From Toensbergia leucococca (taxonomy: Eukaryota), in NCBI GenBank assembly GCA_022813965.1, contig JALDZS010000054.1, positions 1-64,000 on the forward strand: DNA of 64,000 nt, in the 5' to 3' direction. The position numbers and the translations under genes are program-made. A model generated the notes under the pieces. That model saw only the letters and a list, made by a program, of their open reading frames with translations. It had not been told where the DNA came from and searched no databases. Positions 12,081-24,645 of the stretch are shown piece after piece (positions within the stretch are counted from its first letter, which is position 1; each line of letters starts with the position of its first letter).

Positions 12081-14092
12081 TCACAAATGAGCGGTCACAG
12101 CCGAAATCCTCTCCACGGCAGCCTCAACACTCGCGCACATCCGCTCAAATCTCTCCAAAGCCGCTGGGCTGACTTGCCCGTCGTGGCTGTCGTCGTCGAG
12201 GATAAGTTCGTATCTGCCAAAGACTTTCTCGAGTTCAATGCCGCCAAAGAGTAATTTATCATCCGGAGTTCCTGCGGCGGATGGGTTGGACTGAGAAGCA
12301 GCAGGATAGTTGACGAAAAGAGCGAAAGCGGGATCGGATTGGTCGAGTTTGACGTCGTTGTCACAGGTGTGGATGTCTTTGCTGGGTTCGACGGCGTTCT
12401 TCTTAATCAATGGCATGCGCTCGACGACTGGAGTTTCGTTCTTGGCTTCCTCGTTTGGGGGATACTGTCCCACAACGTTGGAAGCCTTGCCGGAGAGCAT
12501 GGCAGTGTCGATCTGGTCGACGGCTGGGCCTTGAGGCAGTGAAGTTACGGCAAATACTTGGGCGTTATTAAAGCCGTAGTCCATATTGTTGGCCCATGTG
12601 CTGTTTGTGGGGTTGAAAGCCGAGAAGTCAACGGTCCTGTCAGGGATCAACGTCATACCGACGTGTGTGCTGTCTTGCTGTGGAGCCTGAAGTTGTTGTG
12701 ACGCGACACGGTGAGGGTTCACATCCTTACGAGGTGACGCTTGAGGTTGTTGAGCGGTTGAGGCTGACGACTGCGATGGCGTTGATGCAAGAACTGATGG
12801 TGTTGTACCGCTGAGGTCATTAAGAAAGGTGGAGAAGGCTGTGGATGAGAGGAGCATGCGAGTCAGGTCTGTCAATCGAGTGTTCTCCGATCTTAAAGCC
12901 TCGTTTTCTATTCGTAGGTCATCGGCCTCTGATTGTTTCGTTGCCACCTCACCTTCTAGTTGCCCGATATATTCTGTAACATCGTTAACATATCATCACT
13001 GTATGGTGTAGAGAAAGTCTCACCCTTTCGTCGGGACCTGAAAGCTCGTGCAGAGACCTTGTTTCTGAGTTGGCGACGTTCCTTACTGCTTAGCTTCTTG
13101 CCCTCCTCACTAGCCAATAGTCTCTCGTCTTCATCCATCTCCTCTTCCTCTTTCCTCGACCTCGCGGAATTACTCAAACTCCCATTGCCAGTAGGTGTTG
13201 TTACGTCATCGTCATTCGATGAAGCCATACTACTATGTCTCATCTGGTTGAGGAGTCGAGATATTCGCTCCTCAACAATTGGGTCAGTTGGAGGACGTGC
13301 AGCAGTACCATTTGCGCGGGAGGCTGACTGGCGAGGTTGCGGATGAGCGTTGCTTTGTGGTTGCTGGGTGTTTCTCTGTTGCTCCTTCTGCTTCTGTTGT
13401 TGAGCCTGTGCCTGAGCCTTGGCAACTGCCGCTTGTTGTTGATGAACTCCAGGCCATAGACGACCAGTAGTCTGGACAGGTGGACTAATGGACGTTTCTT
13501 CTTGGCCGCCGATGACATTCGGGTCAACGTAGTCGGCAGTCATTAAAGTGTCGACGGGTAGGAAGTAATTTGGCGTGGGTGAGTCAAAATCGATATCCAT
13601 CTCTGAGACAGTCCCGAGGGACGAGTCTTGGCTCGAAGAGTTTCCGAAATCGAAGAAATCATTAGTTGAGTTCATACCGAAGTAATCCATTGGTGCAAAG
13701 GCAAAGTTTTGAGGCATCCGACCATACTGAAGGTTCGTTGCTTCATTGACAGCCAGTGTATTGGCCAAAGCTCCGACGGGAAGGCCGGCTTGCTGTTTGT
13801 GAAGCTCATACTGATGACTCGGGCCAGCAAAGGTCTGATGGTCACTCGGCTGAGATGGGAGAAGGGTATTGTTAGGATTGGATGCGAATGAGGTCGGGGA
13901 ATTGTTTGGGTTGATTAAAAAAGGAGTCGGTGGAGCAATGGATTTCGAGCGAAAAGAGACTGGAGAAATAGATGGAGATGGATAGATTGCCTGATCAAAG
14001 TTGAGGTAACGATCAATGTCAAGAGGATCCAAACAGGCAGAATTGGACGAGGGAGAAGTAGCGGATGACGAGGCTTGGGTAGATGTTGCCAT
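12081..14092 (-). CDS. bZIP transcription factor
   Basis: Basic region RRQLRNKVSARAFRSRRK, intron 12974-13023, then zipper EYIGQLEGEV...LRIENEALRSENTRL. Q-rich and acidic activation-like regions. Confidence 0.92.
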
Positions 14093-14880
14093 GATACTCC
14101 CAGTATGCCCAGGCAGAGCGACACGCAAAACGTCTATCGTGATCAGATGCGTGTTCGAGGTGATGTTGGTTCGAGGACGTTCACTCTGCTGCCTGATGAT
14201 CGCAACCCTGGTAGAGGAATAAGCGAAATAGTTTGCCTCTTATACTGGAATAGTTTGTCGAAAGTTCTTTGCAATCGGGTTTTGAAATGGAATGTCAAAA
14301 GGTAGATTGAGGTTGATGCTGTTAGTTCTTCAAAGCACACAAAGTCCTCGTGGAGAATCTCAACGTTGGTGAAGAGTGGATATGCTGCTACAATCAAGTA
14401 AGAGAAGGGGGCTGAGTACGCGGCCTTTTGCAGGGGTCGTCGGATCCTCTGTACGACCGGGCGAATCAGATGTTAGTGCATGTCCCGAAGCGAAGCCACA
14501 ACAAGACCAGAACACCGACGAGGGACTCGTCACTTTGCATGCGCCAAGATGCTGTGTAGAGTAGGACTACCTTACCTTCCTTCCTACGAGTACCATCTCA
14601 TCACTTTGCACGTTCCTTCAGCTGCTCAAAGGCTACTCAGGCTGAATACTTCGGTGATGGGTATGCTCGGTACGGGCCATTATCCCTACACCAGGTCTCA
14701 CCATCCGAGAATCATAAAATCGTGAGGGTGAAAAGAAAAAGAAAGTAGAAAGATATGCGTAGGTAAGTTTCTCAAGTCTGATTTGATCATGATCATGATC
14801 AACTGGTGAAAAGCCCTCGTTCCGTCCAAGTATTCTAGGCTTCTTACTCCAAAGTAGACGAGTAAAACAATGTCCATCTC

Positions 14881-15561
14881 TTACAATATCTCATAATGAC
14901 AATCCGTTGGGTTCATGCCAGACCTCATATCCTGAGGACAGGCACTCATCACGACCAAGCAATTTTCTTCGGCTCTCAATATCACAAAATCACCTCCCTT
15001 ACTCTCAAATGGTTGAAAAGACATCTTCTTATCCGCGTCCACGGATACATTCATGAACAGATTCAATGGCTGAGGCGTCAGATATTCTGGCCATGGAAAG
15101 CGCATTTCAGTCAATGCACCATGCAGATTCTCCGCGCATGAATCATGAAATCCCGTTGCTCCCAGCATTCGATATCGCTCTGGGTCGCAAGCAGGAAAGA
15201 GTGTGTCATGTATACCCACTGATGTATCTTCCATAAAACGGAACATCGGTTTGCGTAGGTTATTGAATAAAACACCCCCGGCAACTGGGTTTATGCTAAG
15301 GTTCACCGCGTTGGTGTGAGCCATGGATAGGTAGGTGATGGTCGATGAAGAAGATGGTGTCTGCAAGTTGGATTCAAGGCCGAAGGCGAAAAAGTCGATG
15401 ACTTGTTCGCCATGCGTATCTATGATTTTGAGGCATTGGCCCTGTCTGAGCTGGACAGCTTTGCCTTTACGAGCAAGGATAATGCCACAAGTGCCTGACT
15501 TGAGCGAGGTGAGAGAAGACGGGGCGCTTGCTAATGGGACGCGGGAATTTGTGCTCTCCAT
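14881..15561 (-). CDS. DUF1989 / urea carboxylase-associated family protein
   Basis: Motifs GQCLKIIDTHGEQVIDFFAF, HDTLFPACD, HDSCAENL, PLNLFMNV, VMSACPQD. Intronless. Confidence 0.88.
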   Translation of the reverse strand: MESTNSRVPLASAPSSLTSLKSGTCGIILARKGKAVQLRQGQCLKIIDTHGEQVIDFFAFGLESNLQTPSSSSTITYLSMAHTNAVNLSINPVAGGVLFNNLRKPMFRFMEDTSVGIHDTLFPACDPERYRMLGATGFHDSCAENLHGALTEMRFPWPEYLTPQPLNLFMNVSVDADKKMSFQPFESKGGDFVILRAEENCLVVMSACPQDMRSGMNPTDCHYEIL

Positions 15562-16203
15562 ATTTCAAGACCGAAACAACAATGATCAAATGTATTGAAT
15601 AGAAAGACGAAACTCGAAGAGGTAGAAATATAAAAGCAAATGTCAACCGCGAAGTGGGCTGAGATTATTGAAAATGACTAACCGAACATCACAGTCGACA
15701 TGTGCTCTAAAAGTAAAGCTGCTAATCTGCTCATTCCTTCAGCAAGTGAAACTTCCAATGGTACCGTGATTCCAAATCAAAGCCACGTCGGTTCCATCAC
15801 TCTCCGGCAACAGAACAAAGTACCAGACCTGGTATTAGCATGCGCTGCCGTCCGTGATGTCAATGTTTTCTCTCACAACATGATTCTCATGATACATAGG
15901 ACGCGGATATTTTGTGTGCACATTATTGTGTTTGATTTGTGATGGCAGTGATGGTGTGAAAACCGTTTCATGACGGCTTTTCACACTTGCTAAACGATTA
16001 ATATCTCAAGCTAAAGTATCTATTGATCAGTAATCTTCAGCCCATTTCAGAGCGCTGTCAAGACCGCTAGCTTATCTGAGAAGTAAGGTACCTAGGTAAG
16101 TACCTACCCTTAGCTTAGGACCTGAAAAAACAAAAACTATGAGGGGAAACTAGAAAGTCAAGGGAGTCATAACAACAGAATGGAAAAAATTATCAAAAGA
16201 AAA

Positions 16204-16285
16204 CTCCCCAACAGGGAATCGAACCCTGGTCTCCCGCGCTTTATCGTTTGACAAGCGGAAATCATGACCACTAGACCATTGAGGA
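16204..16285 (-). tRNA. tRNA-Asp(GTC): tRNA-Asp(GTC) with 10-nt intron (16239-16248)
   Basis: Minus strand TCCTCAATGGTCTAGTGGTCATGATTTCCGCTTGTCA[intron]CGCGGGAGACCAGGGTTCGATTCCCTGTTGGGGAG. A and B boxes are intact and a downstream T-run terminator is present. Confidence 0.95.
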
Positions 16286-16678
16286 TGTTGAATGATTTAG
16301 AATCCTTAATACAAACAATCAATTGACAATCTAAACCTGCGGCGCAATAGTCATTTATATTCGTACGAGTGCTCGTAGCAATACTCTAATCCACGTGCAC
16401 CCAAACCATATAGCTAAGATCAAGAAATGATCGACGAAAGATTGACAGATTGCAGGCAGTGTGAAGTGATATCAGCCAAATCGAAGTATATTTTGAAGCT
16501 ATATCCGTATTTCGAAGCTATGTAGTACCTGATATGTAATAATCCTCCCTACCTTCTAAAGGCCTGGGAGCGAGATTTTTGTTCATCAATCCTTGCAAGC
16601 ATCGTAAATACTGGGGTATATGTAATCCCTAAACGCCAGCAGTGAATTCGTCAAGTAATTAGTAATATGGATGCGGTG

Positions 16679-18578
16679 CTAAAGAATCGCAGTGCCAAGA
16701 TAGCTCAAGTCCTCGAAGATGTCTTCCAATGCAGTTACACGATGCTCGGAGCCATCATTCCAGGACTGTACGAGGTCCTTGCCGCTCTTCTGTTCATACG
16801 AGGACTCTCCATCAGCTTGCATCATCACTGCGCTAGGTAATTGTCGTAGGGTCAATGCAGAAGCTTGCTCGGCTTCCGGCAAGTTGTAACCTTCGAATCT
16901 ACTAGAGCCGACTATTACTGAGTCACGCCTCGTGCGCCCGTAGCCGATAGGAAGGGTTCGTGCTGGGACATCTCCCGGACTACTCTCGCCACAATCACTA
17001 GTTGAGGGCGTCTTGGGCTGTGAAAGGTGGGACGGAGAGATGGAACCAGTGTAGGCAGTAGCGGAGCTCAACGAAGGGGAGAATACATGATTTGTAATGT
17101 ATGAGGAGGATCCAGAATTGGTAAGGTAGGATGTGCAGTCGAGAATCTCGTTGTTTGGTGGATCGAATTTGGTTTCAGTTTTAACTCCACTTGAAATTGA
17201 TGTAGTTTCAAGTCTGTGGAGTACTGGTCGGACTGAGTCTACCCTTTGCTGGTCTTCATGATTTATAGAATTATTGGGCTTTTGTACATCGACGACTGTT
17301 GGGACCAGCGAGGACTGTTTAGGTAATAGCGCCAACTCCGTGAAATAGGAAAAGTGCTCTTGGTGGTGGTCAAGCGGCGTAAAGTAACAGGACGATTCTG
17401 ACTCAGTGGAAAGTCGGTGGTGATGGCCCTTGGGGGTGCTATCATTCTCGTGAACTGCATATTGTGACTGGGGTTGCTCGCTTCGTTTGAGTGAAAAAGC
17501 CACCGGCGGGCAATCGGTAGATGCATTCTGTGAGACGAGGTCTTCCGCTACATCTGCTGGCAAACCCGGGAGGATATTCAGATCCGTAGCATCTATTGGG
17601 ATAATCGGTGTAGACGGATTTGGAAGCGTTTCTCGATGTGCTCTCCGTGCAGAGCCATTTTGTGCGTCTGCCTGTGACGTTGGCCTAGCGAACAAGAAAT
17701 CTTGACATCTTGACTTGACATACTGCCCTGCGCCTGCAGATTGAATCCCCCGCAATTGATGAAAAGTTGCCCATAGCGACGTACGTTCGGATGAGCTACC
17801 ACGGGAACCCGAACGTCTCAGTCGTCCGACGGTCTCTCGATGGCTTGGTAGAAGCGATCTTGATGCTATGTTTACTGGAATTTTGTTGGAATTCCTCTTC
17901 AAGTCAAGGAAACCTGCAAGTTTCGAAGTCCTCGGAGAAGCCTCCCTACCAATAGCTGGGACTGATGGTACACTAGTAGTAGTACGGAGAGGTTCATGTA
18001 GACTAGGAGGTCGTGGGGTGAGATACTTGTCTTCCGGGTTCATCGTGTATGTTGCAGAATCTACAGAGCTTGTCGACACACTCCGCCCACGATCGTAAGT
18101 GCTTGACTGTGTTGGTACCTCTAGCAGATTGACCCTTTGGCCCGGAAGAAGCGGACATGAAGTGGTCGAAGGCTCTGCAAGATTGTGGTACTCGATGTAG
18201 CCGTTCAGCCGGTACTAGGTATACGAGTCAGAGCAGTGGTTTAGAGAAGAAGACGCCTATTGAAAAAGCTGGGCTCGTACGTAGTACCAATACTTTCCGC
18301 CCATCTTCAGACCACCATCTCGACTAGCAAGCGGATGGACGTAATCTCCATCACAGATGATGTTCTTGAAACTATGACAGCCTCGCCAATGTCCTCGACC
18401 TGTCCGCACATCTTTTTGTAGTGGGTAGGGTTTTCTGAAGTTGTCCCACGAGCCAAGAAGTTCGACTGTGACGGTTGAAGGGGGGACTTGACTAGAAATG
18501 TCTTAATTGAGTGCACGGAAAGTCTTGATGGTAGAGGACTACTCACATCAGGAAAGTCATGAGAGTTGTAGAGGTCAT
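16679..18578 (-). CDS. Uncharacterised fungal protein with N-terminal CBM48/AMPK-beta-like Ig domain and long Ser-rich disordered tail
   Basis: Three-exon model reads MTSTTLMTFLI|QVPPSTVTVELLGSWDNFRKPY...GHWRGCHSF...GGLKMGGKYWYY|YRLNG...CPLLPGQRVNLLEVP, continuing into ORF 16679..18079. Splice sites are canonical. Confidence 0.75.
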
Positions 18579-21374
18579 AGTAATTGACATGAGACGATAG
18601 CCATGTAAGCCATCGAAAAGTTATTGATATGTAGTGAAGAAAGACAACATGACTGAAGATATGAACATGACCACCCAGGCCAAGAATCCGGAATAAGTGG
18701 ATGTGTAGCCGGGACTGAAAGAGGTCTGGGTATTGGTTTCAAAGAGACCGGACGTCGTTGTTCTAAAGACTGGAAGGTTCGAGCTAGGAAAAAAGAAGCC
18801 CTCGTCCAACCACACTTGACCTTAGGCTTGGCGTGTCGTATCTCAAGAAAGACAACCGGCGTGTTTACAACGAGGCAAAGTAATATTGTACCAATGAAGC
18901 CTCTTACTCTAAAACTATCCTTGAACCACCCCGTGTAACATGGAAAGCGCAGATAGTCTTCTGCATCCAAGACGCAATGGACTAATCTTGAAGCAGTGGA
19001 TGGTTCGGGGAGGGGGTTGGATTTCAGGGCTTGCAGATCTGGACAATGGACATGGCCACTGAAGGGCGGGGTTGTCATGCATCTTATCTAGAATTCACAC
19101 TTCACGCACCTTCCAGCGGCAGGCACCTGGCTGACGGCTGAAGCACCAACGAACTGGATCCACGTAGACGCTAGTCAGGTCTCGAAGTAGCCAAGTGGTT
19201 GGCCAGACAAGAAATTGACTTTTACTGACCTCAGACATGCGTCTTGAAAATACACAGAGTCTCTTTGTCAGATAGTAAGACTGCCTGCAGCTTTGCGCCC
19301 ATTGCCCCGCCATACTGCCCTCTCAAGCGATAAGGCTCGTCTCATCTAAAGCGCAGGCATGAGAGGAAAATGAGTGGTCGTGTTATGAATCCCGAAAATC
19401 ACACCACCAGGGACATGTTGATTGTTCGCGCCGTCGGGTTCGGGTAGGCTAGGAGGCTAGTAGGTAGATGATCATCACCGACCCCTGCAGCACGGCTAAT
19501 TGCAAATTTAACCTGCAGCCTTCAGAACCCACGCGGGTGAAGGCAGGCATGGGGTACATGAGGAAAGGTGGGGGGGCGAGAGGAAACATGCGATTCCCAC
19601 CTGCCGGAACCAGGCTTGCCACAGGGGAATCAGGGTCTTGATGAGAATCCTCCTCGCCTTGACAAGACGCCATCCAGCCCAGCGCTTTATTTTGGGCTAC
19701 AACTCATCTCCACAAATCCAGATTGACCGTCGATAGCTGGAACTACTAGCCCGCGACTATCGATTGGTGGCGAATAGACTTCACCACTCGCCATCACCCT
19801 GGAGCATCCACGTTATTTATTAAATACTTGCAAGATTTTGCCCTCTACACGAAGACCAGATCACTATTAATACTAACAGGTAGTACCATAGCAATATTAG
19901 TACAGGCCTTGAAAGTAAACTGTTTAGACCGTTTCCGCGCAGCTTGCTGGCTGGAGCACCGCCACTGAGAACGACAGCAGCAGGCAGAGCAATCCAATAC
20001 AGACTTCGCGCCCAGTACATAAACCCTACTTCTCAACGTGGGTCTCTGCCCTAGCACAGCCACCCTGCTAGATGTTATCAATCTCTGTCCGAAATCCACG
20101 CCACTCGCTTTCCCAAGTCGAGCATGTCCACAAGGCTGCACGCTCATACCAGCAGTCCTAGACCCCGATAGCTGTAGACGAATTAGTAACAGAATAGGCC
20201 TTGCTAGGATGTTAGCTGAAGGGACGAATGATAGGGTAGTATCCATCTATATATCTTCATGATTCGAAACACCCCTTGGGTCATTTGGTCATCCTGACTC
20301 GACTGGAGAATTGCCCATATAAGGTAGCAGACTAGATCCCCCTCATTCGTTAGATCTTAAGCAATTCAATCATGTACCGAACAAGAATAGCCACCTATGC
20401 TCATCGTTTCTATCTGCCGACACAGCTGCATTGTAGTATCCCCTTTCTAGTACGGGCTGGTGCCCATACCACTCCCCACAGAGAAAAATTCATCCAATTC
20501 CTGGATATAGTTCCCAACCGCCGCTGAAAATCTTGGCCGTTCCGCGCAATATCTCAACCGCTCTTCCAGCAACAATTCTACAATCAAGCACATGTTCCCC
20601 CAAGCGATACCAAAACCGCAACAAAATCTCAACCAAAACAACCCCCTCTTATACCCAAAAACCCCCCCCCTCGTCTCCACCACTCACCCAGTCACAAAAA
20701 TCCACAAATCCACCCTAATGCTCAAAAGCAAACCCACAACAGGACCAACACCCCTGAAAAAAAAAGTTCAAAAAGCGGCAAAACGTATCGTTCTTGCAAA
20801 ACGAGAAAGAAAAATGAGAGATATAATCTTTAGCGCTTGATATAACCTTCTTTCCAAAAAAAAAAGAAGAAGAAGAAATGGATGTGAAACATAAAATCTC
20901 AGCTCCATTGCGCAGTACAAAGCACTGGACTGTTTCCAATCCTCAGGAACGATCATGGGAGTATACCAGGTCGATGAGCTTGATTTTTCTCGTTGGTGCT
21001 CCTTGGCACTAGTGAGCTTTCTCGGACAGATTTTTCAGTCTTGAAGGACGATTTGGGCTTAGCGGGGGGGAGGAGGCCGGGGTACGTGGACAGAGTGAGA
21101 TTTGGTAAAGGGATGGTGGTTGTGTCGTTTAAGGGGCTGATCTTGAAGTGCGAAGATACAGGATATGAGCTGAGGTTGTGTAGATGCGGTCAACGTGCAC
21201 CCAGGAATATTTATGCACCTTGATCATATAGAAATGGAGTTTGAGATCTTGGATTGAATGATGAGATTGCATTTCAGAGTGATGCGGATGCTGTATCGTA
21301 ATGTACACGAGTATCAGAAATTGGTACAGCATCATTTACACCTTCGCCCATGCGGTCTTCGATTCTCCCTTCAC

Positions 21375-22694
21375 CTAGGAGCGCGCAAAGACTTCTAGTA
21401 GGCTCTGCTGTAACATTTGCACATTGTAGTCCACCAGGGCTTTTTCCTGCTCAAAGCGACCTTCTTTGGAGATACCGATGATGGCTAGATATCTATGGTT
21501 TTATCAGCAGTTATATCATTAACCCTACACTCAGCAGAATTGAAGTAGCTTACTTGTTGATTTCCTTAAGATAAAGATTATAACCCCTAATACCACTGAC
21601 GTACGATTCCGCGCTCTGGGCTCGGATATCCTTTGCCCTCTCGGTGTCTTCCTCGTCTTCGCGGTCCCAGCCGTAGACTTCGGAGAGGTCCATAATAACA
21701 TCAATGTAGTCTGAGCAGAGCTCGTAGGCGGCCATGTCCACGGGGGTCGTGTCGGAAGCGATGTAGATTTTGCTGAGGACGTCGAAGAGGTAGACTTTTT
21801 CGAATTTGCAGGAGGCGGCGATGGTGTTAAGGAGGGCTTCCAAGGTCGGTAGTTGCGGGACTAGGGCTTGCATGACTTTGCTGAAGGCTTCGAAGATGCT
21901 GTGGTCGTAGATGGAAGTTGGGTAGAAGCTGACGGGGGGGTTTTCGAGGCCGTTGTCGAAGAGGTCGTCGGTGATGCGTTGGATTATGTCACGTACTGTG
22001 TCTTCGCGGAAGTCGTCGGTTAAAGAGTCGGTTTTGTGGATGAAGACGGAGTATTTGATATCTGGATATGTCTGTTGCAGGTGGAGGATCGTTTCTGTTA
22101 GGCGGCCGATGGGCTCGAGGTAGTCGTCTTGGGCATCGAGGACCCAGATCATGGCGCCTACGCCGCCGAAGATGCTTTCAGCATCGAACGAGGGATCAAA
22201 GTAGTTCATTTGACCGGGAAGGTCCCAGACTTGGAATTCCATGAAAGAGCTAGGGGACTGGGTCAGTCATTAGATAAAGGTGTTCGATGCTCACGTACTG
22301 CATAGCTTCTTTCTTGATGTTAGTCGTAGCTTCAATGAATAGGGTCTCGTGTGGGGCCATCTTGTGGAAGACTACTTGAGAAATTGACGATTTTCCGCTT
22401 CTGTACTTGGATTAGTATCAACCGCCTCGTCTCGGTGTCAAGGGTGAGGGCTTAGGCGTACCGTTTCTGACCCATTAGCAATAAGCGTGGCTTATTTTCA
22501 ATATGCCCGGTAGTTGGAGGCCCTTCGGTCGGGCTGCTCTCGACTTCTTTTGTATTCTGTGGATCGTCTATTAGCTCTGTTGGCATGGTATTGGCAGTAA
22601 CATGGTCATCTGCGTGTCCGAACGCCTCAGCCCTGGCCTTGCGATCTGCCTCTTCTTGAAGCAGGATATGCTCTGCATTCCAAAGTAATGACAT
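21375..22694 (-). CDS. GTR2: Rag GTPase Gtr2/RagC (start uncertain, ATG 22586 or 22694)
   Basis: KPRLLLMGQKR|SGKSSISQVVFHKM, VWDLPGQ, FIHKTD, TSIYDHSIFEAFSKV, last exon ALVDYNV. Three introns. Confidence 0.95.
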
Positions 22695-24645
22695 GTTTAC
22701 TGGAACGAGAAGTATAGAAGCCAAAACGGGTTGTGTGTTGAGAGGAAAAAGCGAAGGTAGGCTGCTATTGACAATGTGTAGACCGTACGGCAGAGCAACT
22801 GGAAGCTAAGAACACAAATTGAGGATATCTCACGGCAAAAGAAACTGCAACCAAGGTTTCATATGTACACCAGCCTCCTACAAGCCCAATATCCAGCATG
22901 CCCAGCTTTGCAGAATGTATTCTCTGAAATTAGGAGAACCAAATTTTAAGTCTACATTGCTCTCTGGTGAACAGAGATATATCAATGCCGTTGGATCAAA
23001 TTCGGCCCGCCACCGTAAGATTTCCAAATGAGCTGGCAATAAAAAGAGAGGTAGGATGAGCGCTTCTTGGATATAATCGCAAGTGCAGCGCCCCTCTTAT
23101 TTCATGAGATGAAGAGCTAGATCAACTTCTCCAATTGATCCACGACTGATGGAATTCGGCAAAGGCCCCACAAGAAAACAGAAAACGCTCTTTATCTTAC
23201 CTCTGCATGAGGAATGCCATTGGAAGACATGGCCGGCCACGTTGAATGCAGCTCTCGGTCTTGTCCAGTCGATGTCTGCAAGGTGGGAAAGATAGCTTCG
23301 ACTGCTCGGTATACGAGGAGGTGTAATATGGACAATATTGGAAGATTACTTTGCGTGGTTTCACGTGCGGTGTTCAAACTTCAACTAGGGCGATTGGCAA
23401 GCAACGGGAAAAGGCAGAAATCGGTAGGAAGACCGGGGTCACACGACAGCAGACGCTTCAATGACGGATACCTGAGCTCACAAGACGACTATCTAGGATG
23501 ATGGTGATGGCTATTTGCAGCACAGAAGGACGAGTCTAGGTCGAGATGCATGGCTTTCTTTCCAAGCCGTAGGATATTGGACCAAGAGGCTATCAATGAT
23601 GATGCATTGTCGACCTCGTGGAATATAGATCTGCTACAAGGCGATGGAGAAAGGATGAGACAAAGGCATAGGAGTATGGGGACATAGATGGTTGGAGATA
23701 TAAGAATGTAAAAGGGAGTAGGTATTTTGGTAAATTACGATTATTCTAGAAGACGCGGAGAAAGAGTCTTGGCATTTGGCAGCATGACATTTATGACCCC
23801 TCGGACGCTGACTCCAGAATACCTTACCCAACTTCAGGTATTCTAGTAAATTTCCCCAGTACCGAAAATTCTTGCCCTACCAACGTCTCAAATCATTGGG
23901 ACAGCATTGGCGAAATAACAGCTATCATTCAATGTCTCGATTTGATTTAATGAGCTCCTTGACCTTTGTTCTATCCGTACTTCCCACTCACCCTCGCTTC
24001 CTCAGCTTTGCTTCCTCAGCTAGAAGCGAGGGTGGGTGGGGAGTATGGGTATCCCCCGTCCATCTACAATCTTCATTCGAACATTGCTCACGAGCACAGC
24101 ATCTTTTTCGTACTAAGGATACGGCATTGAACCAATTGTCTTCCCTACATATGAAAGCTAAGTCAAAGCTTTTAATAAACAGCCTCGTTTTTGCAGTCCA
24201 TCAACCAACCTAATGAATACTTCACTCTTGCCTTCTCATACCAATTACTGTTAGCAGTATTCTGTTCATTTCCCTCACTAAAATCAAAATGAAAAAGTTG
24301 AAACCACGTCAGCAAGTGATGTATAGACTGCCAATCTCCAATCACAAAGTGAATAATTTGTGTGCTATTCAGCATCTCTTTTCAAACCTTGACACCAAGT
24401 CCGAGCCTGTATCTCATTGTCCAGCGAAGTCCTTTCATCCGAAAGCAACTCGATGCTGAAAGCATCACCTAATTTAGTGGATCTGAGATGATGCTCAAAT
24501 TTAGAATGTACTAAATCTACAAAAGCGGGAACATCACTTTGTATCAATCACTTCGTTGAACCTCATCACGACATACGTCTACTCCTGATACGATTCAGCA
24601 ACATAGCGTCAGTCTGGAATCAGGTGCGGACAGTGATGCGTCAGA

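Noticed and set aside
14881..15561. Horizontal transfer of the intronless DUF1989 gene
   Set aside because: The family is present in many fungi and lack of introns alone is not evidence.
18600..20450. Several short ORFs upstream of the CBM48-like gene
   Set aside because: No motifs or coherent splice model; likely regulatory/UTR sequence.
23870..24550. Protein-like minus-strand fragments (ORFs 24172..24375, 24365..24547)
   Set aside because: Possibly a pseudogene, but no family is recognisable.
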